Below, piece after piece: positions 45,644-53,867 of a stretch of DNA of 64,000 nt. The notes below the pieces were generated by a model. It did not search any database. It had not been told where the DNA came from and saw only the letters and a program-made list of their open reading frames with translations. Location: contig OY771587.1 of NCBI GenBank assembly GCA_963674825.1, positions 3,168,001-3,232,000 of the forward strand, given 5' to 3'. The stretch comes from Candidatus Cloacimonadales bacterium (GTDB taxonomy: Bacteria > Cloacimonadota > Cloacimonadia > Cloacimonadales > JAIOQZ01). Both the position numbers and the translations under genes were made by a program. The stretch's first letter is position 1. Every line of letters begins with the position of its first letter.

Positions 45644-46331
45644 TCACCGTCACGCCCTGCGGGATCGGTATCCTCTCGAAAATCTCGTTGATAGGCAGAT
45701 TGCGCATATTCTCGCAGGAAATCCACTTGATTTGCGATGTTAGGCAATAGACCGGTTTCTTTTGCTTATATGCAACATGGCATAACTTCTCAGTACCGAT
45801 TTTATTGATGAGCATGTAGTCACAGTAACAATCGCAGCCGATCAGCACGGTATCCACGAGTTCCATATCCTTTTCAAACGCGGAATCGTCCACTACGCTC
45901 GCGTCGATCCCTTTGTTCTGGAGACGCTGGCAGAGTACGGATCCTTCACCACCCGGTTTCGATTCCAGACAAAGCACCTTTTCGAGTTTGGCATTGTATT
46001 TTTTCAGGGTCAGCTCGATGATCCCGCTGTTGCTGAAAGTCATGAAGCTTGTAAATTGTTTTGCTTCGAATGTTTCCACTGCCTGTTTGATCGTAGCCGA
46101 TGCGTCCAGTTTGCATTCGAATTGCCTTATCGAATAGAGATCGATTGGATGTTGCAGGCTTTGGTGAAGGTTGATGATCGCTGCCATTGCGGGGAATGTC
46201 TCGCGTAACCGATCAAGAAACTTACGTGCCTCTTCCATTCGGTCGTAAAGGATCAATTGCTCCAGAAAAGACAGGGACTTCCTTACGATTTCGATCGATC
46301 CGGAAGTCCTGTCAGAAAAGATATCGCTCAT
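45600..46331 (-). CDS. eIF-2B alpha/beta/delta-like (IF-2B/MtnA/R15P isomerase superfamily) protein
   Basis: DRTSGS, FPAMAAI, MTFSNS, LESKPGGEG, VLIGCD, INKIGT, FERIP. Confidence 0.78.
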   Translation of the reverse strand: MSDIFSDRTSGSIEIVRKSLSFLEQLILYDRMEEARKFLDRLRETFPAMAAIINLHQSLQHPIDLYSIRQFECKLDASATIKQAVETFEAKQFTSFMTFSNSGIIELTLKKYNAKLEKVLCLESKPGGEGSVLCQRLQNKGIDASVVDDSAFEKDMELVDTVLIGCDCYCDYMLINKIGTEKLCHVAYKQKKPVYCLTSQIKWISCENMRNLPINEIFERIPIPQGVTVITSAAAPCSDNPCR

Positions 46332-46336
46332 GGCAT

Positions 46337-49300
46337 TTATTTCAGCAATAGAATCTTACGTGTCTTGACCGGTTTCCCATCAATGCTCAATCTGCTGAAG
46401 TAGACGCCGCTGGAAACTTGCTTACCGTTCGAATCGCGACCCTTCCACACAGTTTCATGCACACCTGCCGGTTTCACTTCGGAGACCAGTCTGTCTACCC
46501 GCTGTCCCCGGATATTGTAAATGCAGAGTTCCACTTTGGCACGTTTCGGGAGCGAGTAACGGAAGGTCGTTTCGGGGTTGAACGGATTCGGATAGCTTGT
46601 GAATACCTGACGATACTCGACAGCGCCGTTGTCAGCGTTCATATACTGGTTATAGATGCGCACGGTACCGTTCATCTGGAGCTGGTTCGGGAAGAACGAA
46701 ACCGAATCGACGTCGGTCATGTTGAAGAAGTAATCGCCGATGTTGATCAGCACGGAATGATCGTCCAGGAAGTTCCTGGTATTCAGCCGCAACGTTACCT
46801 GCGAAAGCACATCGAGCTGCATCTGGAAGTTCCAGGTCTGGACATCCACATCTTCATACGTAAACGGTCTCTTGAATTCCTGATAGAAGTTCTGATCCTG
46901 ATAGATGCTGAATCCCGGATCCTTTACTATCTGCAGGTTGAGCGCGATTGCTTCGGGTTTTTCAGGCGGTTCGGGCGTATCGAAAAACGGATCGAAATCA
47001 ACGGTTGTGAATTCGTTTGCACCCATGACAATCAGATCCTTGTTGTCGTCATCTTGCGATGCGATGAGTTCGAGTGTCCATTCGTCGCGGAAGGAATCGA
47101 ACAGCGGATGATGCGGGAACGGCGAGATCTCGATGTCCAGGTTCGGGATGAAACAGAAGATAAAGAACGATTCTTCCGGCTCGATCTGCTGAACCAGCCT
47201 GTAACCGTTTCGGTAAACGTAGATCGATTTCGACACGTATCCGTTGCGAACTGCTTCGGTGAACGTGTAATCGAAGTCGTTTACCTGTATGGTGATGTCG
47301 GTGTAGTTCAGTGGTCCGTAGTGGGGATTCGGTACGAAGTTCCAACCCTGCTGAAGCGGTGCTTCCCATGTGTCCGGACGGAAATTAATGCCGCCAAGGT
47401 AGCTGCCCCAGTATTCGATGCCGTGAGTCCAGAAGGGAACGCCGTACTCGTAATGACTGAATAATTCGAAACCATCCTGCGAATCCCAACTATAGAGTTC
47501 GGTATTGTCTCCGGGCGAAAGCGCTGCGTTGGTAACCGGATTAGCCGAGAGCTTCCAACCTTCAGGAATGCCGAGTTCGAGGCTGTTCGGTACGATACCG
47601 AAACGGTATTTCGATTCATAATCGGTATAGCTTCCATCTGCGAAGAACGCGCGTGCGTAAAGTGTGCAGTCGGTCATCCAAACGTCGTTCGGAACTTCCC
47701 ATGAATAGGTCTCAGCCGTGCTACCTAGGCTGTTGGCGATCAACAGGCTATCCGCGCCGGAGCGACAGAAAAGCCGGATGTGGTCGACAACGATCGGGTA
47801 ATCGGTATCCCAGGTAAGATTCACTTCGTCGCCAGCCTGGAAGTACTGATTCGTTATGTTGTTGAAATCGATACCGGGTTGAAGATCGCCCCAGTAGAGT
47901 GTAAAATACAGCCAGTCAGAACTCGTCGCGGTGAAGTGCGCAGTTGCATCCGCCAGATTGGTATAAAGGCCTGATGAACTGTTTCTCAAGTATAGCTTCT
48001 CGCCATTGCGGCGGAGTGAATCGGCCAACTCGATGGTAATATCTTGATTCAACTGATTGGTTCGGATACGCAGTGGCCAGGTATTGAGCCATGTGTTTTC
48101 GTCGTAATCAGCTTGAATCTCCTGATAGAGTTTACGGTAATTCGCACTGTAGTATTGCTCGTAAAATTCGCATTCGATGTAGTTTCCAGAGGGTGTATCG
48201 CTGTTGAGGATATCGAAGTGCGTATCCCATCCATCAGTAGCATAAGCATTCTTGCCGAATTTCACCGAATCGACGATCGATCCGCTGGCGTTATGAACGT
48301 TGATGGTGTAGATATGCTGCACCTGTGCGCCTTCGTAGTCGTTGTCATGGGCGATGGTTCCGTCGTTGTGCTCAGCGCTTACGCGGTAGTAGTAGGTCTG
48401 GCGATCGACAACATCCTGATCGACAAACGTGTAGGTCACATCTTCTTCTGTAGATCCAGCCAATGAGGTGTCGGTCTCCCATGATGCGATCGTCTCAAAT
48501 GGCTCGTTCAGGTCGGTTGTGCGGTCAATGATGAACCCAGCATTGCCGGACTGGATGTCCGCAAGCCAGGATATATCGACCGTAGCGCTTCTGCCGTAGG
48601 TGGCAAAGTTGCTGATCATGGCCGGTCCGGTGAAGGTGACGAGTTCTTCAGAGAGTTCGCTCACGTTATTGCTGTAATCCGAGGCGCGAACAGCCATGTA
48701 ATAGGTCTGGTTCTGGGTTAATCCCGTTACCGTGGTTGTTGGTTCGGCCTGACCTGAGAGTCGCCAGTTATTATTGCGGTCGAAGATCTGATAGCCACCA
48801 TTCTGGATCGGTTCTGTTGAATAAAGCACCTGATAGGAGTAAAAATCGTATGCGCTGGAGCGGTCCCATTCGAGCGTGATCGAGTTGTAACCCGATGTGA
48901 TCGTGACCGGTGCTGCCGGTGCAGTGGGTATTTCTTCGTCGTCTAACTGGAAGTAATCGTGCAACGTGCTTCCGATAGCGGTTAGAAGCGGCTGGTAAAA
49001 TTCCAGTGCGTATTTGTGAACCTTTCCCATGTTGTATTTCTGGGTTACGGGATCGTAAGCATTGAACCAGCGCCAGTAGTTGTTCGTATGCGGATAACAG
49101 GACGGCAGTTCGTCCATCTCGATATGCAGGAAAGGTTCCCGCTGATCGTAGCGGTTGGTTCCGCTGGTGGAATATTGAAGCTGCCGGTTGTTGAGGTATC
49201 CGGGCAGATCGATATTGCTCGAAACGGTTATCGTGTCGCCATCGGCGATGTAATCGAATCCGCGAGAAGTATAATAGACGCAGTAAAACTCTTCGATGGT

Positions 49301-50251
49301 TACCGCGTCATGAATTCCGATCTCGTCCTGCTCGTGAACGATATAGGGTGTTGCGTTGATCATGTCGTTATGATCGTACGAGAGGTCGCGGATAGGCAGA
49401 TTCGGATAGTCGCGATTCCAGTTTCCGGCGGCGATCTGGCAATTATTGTAGCCGAGGTGGGCATTCCAGTCGTAACTGTGAAGCTGCACGCAGAATTCGT
49501 GGTCTTCAGTGTCCTCGCGAATCTGGTCGCAGAATCTTCTGTATGCGGTATTGTATGGATGATTATACCACCTGGTCGGGTCGCTGATAGACTTGGAATT
49601 GGTGTATCCGTAGCCATCGTCGTCCCACATCACTTCACGGCCAGCACCAGTAATCATGAGATATCCGGCACTCCATTGTTGGAAGGCGGTCGTTCCTAAT
49701 GCCGGCGTGATATAGTCGTCGTTGGGGTGCGGGATGGTAATGATTACGCCAGGATATTCGGCGTCGAGGTTTCTAACATATAGCCCCCAGCCGTAGTCAA
49801 AGCTTCCTGTGATGTCATCGTACGTATCGGCGGTCGCGTTGTCGTCGTAGTAATCCATGTTCAGCAGTTCGCGTAGCATGTGATAGGTTCTTCCGGTTTC
49901 CGTATCGTGGAAGATGACCATTTCATATGGGATACCATATTCAGTGATAAGCGAATCGACCAGTGTGGTATTACCATCGATAAACGCGAGGATCACTTCT
50001 TCCCATTGCGCAAGCTGATCGTCGGATGGATCGACATATTGGCCGAATCCACTCATTTGCCGGTCATAGGGTGCATAAATATTGTATCCAGATGATGCGA
50101 TGCCTTCAACGATATGGCTTTGCCAGTTATCGTATGAGCATCCGTCGGCAGAGGTGTAGATGAATTTGGATAGAGACTCGTATTCCTCGACGAAGGAATA
50201 CCCAAGCACAGAAACAAGAAGAAAAACCAAAGTGACCAGTAGATGTTTCAT
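46337..50251 (-). CDS. Large secreted protein: putative Zn-hydrolase N-domain, FN3/Ig domains, FlgD-Ig/T9SS-like CTD
   Basis: Signal peptide; TIPHPNDD, VQLHSY, FLHIEM; FN3 (SITLEWD...VTGLTQNQTYYMAVRASD); SYPNPFNPET...RKILLLK. Confidence 0.8.
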   Translation of the reverse strand: MKHLLVTLVFLLVSVLGYSFVEEYESLSKFIYTSADGCSYDNWQSHIVEGIASSGYNIYAPYDRQMSGFGQYVDPSDDQLAQWEEVILAFIDGNTTLVDSLITEYGIPYEMVIFHDTETGRTYHMLRELLNMDYYDDNATADTYDDITGSFDYGWGLYVRNLDAEYPGVIITIPHPNDDYITPALGTTAFQQWSAGYLMITGAGREVMWDDDGYGYTNSKSISDPTRWYNHPYNTAYRRFCDQIREDTEDHEFCVQLHSYDWNAHLGYNNCQIAAGNWNRDYPNLPIRDLSYDHNDMINATPYIVHEQDEIGIHDAVTIEEFYCVYYTSRGFDYIADGDTITVSSNIDLPGYLNNRQLQYSTSGTNRYDQREPFLHIEMDELPSCYPHTNNYWRWFNAYDPVTQKYNMGKVHKYALEFYQPLLTAIGSTLHDYFQLDDEEIPTAPAAPVTITSGYNSITLEWDRSSAYDFYSYQVLYSTEPIQNGGYQIFDRNNNWRLSGQAEPTTTVTGLTQNQTYYMAVRASDYSNNVSELSEELVTFTGPAMISNFATYGRSATVDISWLADIQSGNAGFIIDRTTDLNEPFETIASWETDTSLAGSTEEDVTYTFVDQDVVDRQTYYYRVSAEHNDGTIAHDNDYEGAQVQHIYTINVHNASGSIVDSVKFGKNAYATDGWDTHFDILNSDTPSGNYIECEFYEQYYSANYRKLYQEIQADYDENTWLNTWPLRIRTNQLNQDITIELADSLRRNGEKLYLRNSSSGLYTNLADATAHFTATSSDWLYFTLYWGDLQPGIDFNNITNQYFQAGDEVNLTWDTDYPIVVDHIRLFCRSGADSLLIANSLGSTAETYSWEVPNDVWMTDCTLYARAFFADGSYTDYESKYRFGIVPNSLELGIPEGWKLSANPVTNAALSPGDNTELYSWDSQDGFELFSHYEYGVPFWTHGIEYWGSYLGGINFRPDTWEAPLQQGWNFVPNPHYGPLNYTDITIQVNDFDYTFTEAVRNGYVSKSIYVYRNGYRLVQQIEPEESFFIFCFIPNLDIEISPFPHHPLFDSFRDEWTLELIASQDDDNKDLIVMGANEFTTVDFDPFFDTPEPPEKPEAIALNLQIVKDPGFSIYQDQNFYQEFKRPFTYEDVDVQTWNFQMQLDVLSQVTLRLNTRNFLDDHSVLINIGDYFFNMTDVDSVSFFPNQLQMNGTVRIYNQYMNADNGAVEYRQVFTSYPNPFNPETTFRYSLPKRAKVELCIYNIRGQRVDRLVSEVKPAGVHETVWKGRDSNGKQVSSGVYFSRLSIDGKPVKTRKILLLK

Positions 50252-50265
50252 TCAAACCGCCTTTG

Positions 50266-51192
50266 TTATGATTCTGATCGTTGAACCGCTTCCGAATTTG
50301 GCAATCTTTTTTTATGAGTAAATATCAGCCAGGCACCTGCGATGGCAGGTATTACAGCATTGAAAATAAATATCATGAGCGATGCAGCAACAGCAGTTTC
50401 CTGATTGATGCCGTATTTGGGCAAGATTATCATGGCTGCTGTTTCGCGAATTCCGAGACCATTGAAGGTTATTGAGATTAGCGTCACGGTGAGGATCAAC
50501 GAGACGCAGATTGAGGTATTGAACAGCGTTATATCAGAATTCGAATTCACAAGAACCTGATTATTGAGCAATATATAGTACTGGTAGAACGTAACCAGCG
50601 TATAAACCGTTTGCGATAGGATGATCCTGGGTGTGATGGAGAAAAGTCGTATAGGATACCGGCTCTGCCTCTTAAAGAGCTTCAGTGCAAGAGGTAACAA
50701 GAGCGGCATCACAAGCACGAACGCAAATGCGAGGATCTTCCAGAGCGTGTATTCCTTCGAGAAATAGTAGAAACTGCTGATTCCCGCGAAAAAGAGGACG
50801 ATCCAAGTCTGGTAGAATTTTTCAACACCCACAGAAACTGCTGTGGCCTTCTTCTTGTTCTCGATGAAGAACATCTTTCCGAAGGTGGCGTAACCGCCAG
50901 GTAATACGAAGCTCAACGCTAATCCGATAAAGTAGGATTTCAGCACTTCCCAGCGATTGGGCTGGTAATTTGGATTTATACGCAGATACCAGTACCAGTT
51001 GTAGTATTGTGTGATGTGCTTCAGAGTGGATGTGAGCAGCAGCATCACAACCGCTACGATGCTGTATGCTGTAATCTGGCTCATCAACCCATGGAATTCT
51101 ATCTTTCGGAAAACGAAGTAGAGTATCGCAATACTGATTACGATTTTCAGAATGAAGGCTGCTCTTTTAAAGAGCGTCTTTTTTATGATCAT
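50266..51192 (-). CDS. Lysylphosphatidylglycerol synthase TM / flippase-like (YbhN/UPF0104) membrane protein
   Basis: LKIVISIAILYFVF, YFIG....FVLPGG, NGLGIRE; start at ATG 51192 in ATGA overlap with the GT2 gene. Confidence 0.8.
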   Translation of the reverse strand: MIIKKTLFKRAAFILKIVISIAILYFVFRKIEFHGLMSQITAYSIVAVVMLLLTSTLKHITQYYNWYWYLRINPNYQPNRWEVLKSYFIGLALSFVLPGGYATFGKMFFIENKKKATAVSVGVEKFYQTWIVLFFAGISSFYYFSKEYTLWKILAFAFVLVMPLLLPLALKLFKRQSRYPIRLFSITPRIILSQTVYTLVTFYQYYILLNNQVLVNSNSDITLFNTSICVSLILTVTLISITFNGLGIRETAAMIILPKYGINQETAVAASLMIFIFNAVIPAIAGAWLIFTHKKRLPNSEAVQRSES

Positions 51193-52205
51193 TTCCAGTT
51201 CCACTTTCGGACGATACCCATAATTGACCAGTAGATCAGATAGTACGGATAAACGAGCAGATAGACCAGGTTGCTCGGGACAAAGCGCTGCCGATGCAGT
51301 GTGAGGTTCGCACCCCAGAAGATGAAAAGACCGAGCCAATGAATGACAAGAACATCGATGCTGCCCGTGATGATCTTAAACGGTAAAATAATAAAATATG
51401 CGAGGATGATCAGCATAAGTAATTGATAGCCGGGACGAGACTGCCCAAACTTGGAATAGCGGCGCAATTGCTGGTCGATAAATCCCTTGCGGTTTGGTAA
51501 GGTGTAAACCGGTGCTTCTGGATTGTAAGCGATAGGATATCCGGCTTTATGGATGCGATTGAGCATTCCTTTATCATCACCGGCTTCGAGGTGTCCGTCA
51601 GGTTCGAAGCCTTTGACAGCGAAAAAGGTGTCGCGGCGTATGGCGAGGTTGCGTCCGGTACAGCTGAAGGGATAACCCAGCCCGATGGGTGCTGCGAATA
51701 CGGCAGCAGTAGCGAGCTGCGTGAAGTGCCGGAATTCGGATGCATCCAATTCTGGAGAGAAACCGACGACCATGCCAGTCCGATCGGAAAAATACTTATC
51801 GTACGATTGAAGCCAGTTAAAAGGAACGATGCAATCGGCATCGGTTAGCAGGAGAATTTGTTTACGTGCTTTACGTGCGGCAAGTGTAAGTGCCGCTTTC
51901 TTGCCCCTGAGTTTCTCGTCCTTCTGCTCGATTCTATAGCAGGAAGCTCTATCGTTTTTCTGGCAGTAATCGGTCAGGATGCTGAATGTATCGTCTTCGG
52001 AGGCGTCATCTACCAGTATGATCTCGTAGTCGGGATAATCGATTTTCGAGAGCGACTCCAGTAACGAGTGAATATTCTTCTGTTCGTTACGGCATGATAC
52101 CAGGATCGAGTAGCTCCGCGGCTGGGATTCCTTTGTCTTTCTGTTACGCAGAATTCCCCAGGCAAAGATCAGCATTACCGCGAAGAAAATCGATACTATG
52201 CCCAT
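51189..52205 (-). CDS. Glycosyltransferase family 2, membrane-bound
   Basis: SILVSCRNE, ILVDDASEDDT, GKKAAL, TDADC, GDD, QQLRRY. Confidence 0.88.
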   Translation of the reverse strand: MGIVSIFFAVMLIFAWGILRNRKTKESQPRSYSILVSCRNEQKNIHSLLESLSKIDYPDYEIILVDDASEDDTFSILTDYCQKNDRASCYRIEQKDEKLRGKKAALTLAARKARKQILLLTDADCIVPFNWLQSYDKYFSDRTGMVVGFSPELDASEFRHFTQLATAAVFAAPIGLGYPFSCTGRNLAIRRDTFFAVKGFEPDGHLEAGDDKGMLNRIHKAGYPIAYNPEAPVYTLPNRKGFIDQQLRRYSKFGQSRPGYQLLMLIILAYFIILPFKIITGSIDVLVIHWLGLFIFWGANLTLHRQRFVPSNLVYLLVYPYYLIYWSIMGIVRKWNWK

Positions 52206-52208
52206 GGT

Positions 52209-53213
52209 TTACCGTACGCCAACCGCTTTGCGAAGCTTCTCCAGCTTTCGGATAGCGCGTGGGCGTACCCGTTCGGAGCCTTCGTCGAGGATTCGGTCGA
52301 TCTCCTTCGGATTCTTCATCAATTCGTCGTATTTCTCACGCATAGGTTTGATCACTTCGTTCATCTTCTCGTAGAGCGCGCCTTTGGCATCTCCCCATCC
52401 CATTCCGCCGGCCTGGTAGCGTTCGCGCATGATTTTCTGCTCATCTTCGTTCGCGAAGAGCTTGTAAAGCGCGAAGACGTTGCACTGATCCGGGTCTTTG
52501 GGTTCATCGACCGTCTGTGAGTTGGTCACGATGCGCATGATGGTCTTGCGGAGCTGATTCTCCGGGAGAAACATGGGGATGGTGTTGTTGTAGCTCTTGC
52601 TCATCTTACGTCCGTCCAGGCCCTGCACAAGCTTGGTTTCCGTCCGGATGAGCGGTTCCGGAATGCGGAAGAGCTCCTTGCCGTAGATGTAGTTGATGGA
52701 CTGCGCGATATCGACAGCCATCTCCACATGCTGCTGCTGATCTTGCCCGACAGGTACGAAGTCCGCATCGAAGAGCAAAATATCGGCCGCCATCAGGATG
52801 GGGTAGGTGAAGAGTCCCATGTTGACGCCGTCATCAGGCTCTCTGCCCATTTCTTCATTACGCTGAAGCATGGCCTTGTAGGCGTGGGCTCTGTTCATGA
52901 GGCCCTTGGGCGCGAAGCAGGAGAGGAGCACGGTGAGTTCGAACGTCTCTGGTACCGAGGACTGTCGGTAGATGTTGACCTTCTCGGGATCCAGGCCGCA
53001 AGCCAGCCATGCTGCCGCGATTTCACGACTCCATTGACGGAGTTCCTTGGGATCGCGGATGGTGTTCAGGCTGTGGTAGTCTGCGATGAAGTAGTATGCG
53101 AAATAGTCTTCCGCTAACTTCAATCCGGGCTGAATTGCGCCGAAGTAGTTCCCCAGGTGGAGCGAACCGGTCGGCTTGATTCCGGTCAACGATACTTTTT
53201 TATGTTCACTCAC
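52209..53213 (-). CDS. trpS: Tryptophan--tRNA ligase
   Basis: TGIKPTGSLHLGNYFGA, YPILMAADIL, VPVGQDQQQHVE, KMSKS; GTG start behind AGGAG. Confidence 0.96.
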   Translation of the reverse strand: MSEHKKVSLTGIKPTGSLHLGNYFGAIQPGLKLAEDYFAYYFIADYHSLNTIRDPKELRQWSREIAAAWLACGLDPEKVNIYRQSSVPETFELTVLLSCFAPKGLMNRAHAYKAMLQRNEEMGREPDDGVNMGLFTYPILMAADILLFDADFVPVGQDQQQHVEMAVDIAQSINYIYGKELFRIPEPLIRTETKLVQGLDGRKMSKSYNNTIPMFLPENQLRKTIMRIVTNSQTVDEPKDPDQCNVFALYKLFANEDEQKIMRERYQAGGMGWGDAKGALYEKMNEVIKPMREKYDELMKNPKEIDRILDEGSERVRPRAIRKLEKLRKAVGVR

Positions 53214-53242
53214 GTGTAATCTCCTTTATCTGTGTCGAGCTA

Positions 53243-53548
53243 TCAATAGCTATCGCCGTGTTCTTCAAGCCATTCTTCCGAATAGGCGCTGCGGAACTTT
53301 CGTTCGAAAAGCTGTTTCAGCTCACGAGCCGCGGTCTCTTCGTCCGGCCCCTCGACGATCATTTCAATCTCGGTGCCGCACTCGGCTGCCAGCATCATCA
53401 ATCCCATGATGCTCTTACAGTTAACCTCCATGTCGTCCTTGCGAAGCGTGATCTCCGACTGGTAATGGGTCGCGGTCTGCGCGAGGCAGGACGATGGTCG
53501 AGCGTGTAAGCCATATTTGTTGAGAACGGTGACTTTCTGTATTATCAT
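53243..53548 (-). CDS. ptsH: HPr-family phosphocarrier protein
   Basis: GLHARP (His15) and KSIMGLM (Ser46); start at ATG 53548. Confidence 0.9.
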   Translation of the reverse strand: MIIQKVTVLNKYGLHARPSSCLAQTATHYQSEITLRKDDMEVNCKSIMGLMMLAAECGTEIEMIVEGPDEETAARELKQLFERKFRSAYSEEWLEEHGDSY

Positions 53549-53682
53549 AAGCAACCATCCGTTTTTAGCGTTCATTTTCAACAGATGAACCCGTTTCTTG
53601 TCAATAGCAAACTTGTGCTTATTTATATCCATAGTATCCGGAGAGTCTGGTTTTGTGTCCCTGTCTATGCATTTTCACTGTG

Positions 53683-53821
53683 TGTCCTTCGACTGCGCTC
53701 TGGATGACACGGGAAAAATGACACGATGTCATAAGCTTTGCTTAGGTCGAACGATTGATAATCACGATTAAATCAGCAGCATGAAATATAATGATGTCAT
53801 CCTGAGCGGAGTCGAAGGACA
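53683..53821. repeat. Inverted pair of 27-bp REP-like units (REPIN-like)
   Basis: TGTCCTTCGACTGCGCTCTGGATGACA (53683-53709) and TGTCATCCTGAGCGGAGTCGAAGGACA (53795-53821) are reverse complements at 25/27. Confidence 0.85.
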
Positions 53822-53867
53822 ACCATTAGTTTGCACTGCTAAATACGATGAAGCTGCAAGACAACGA

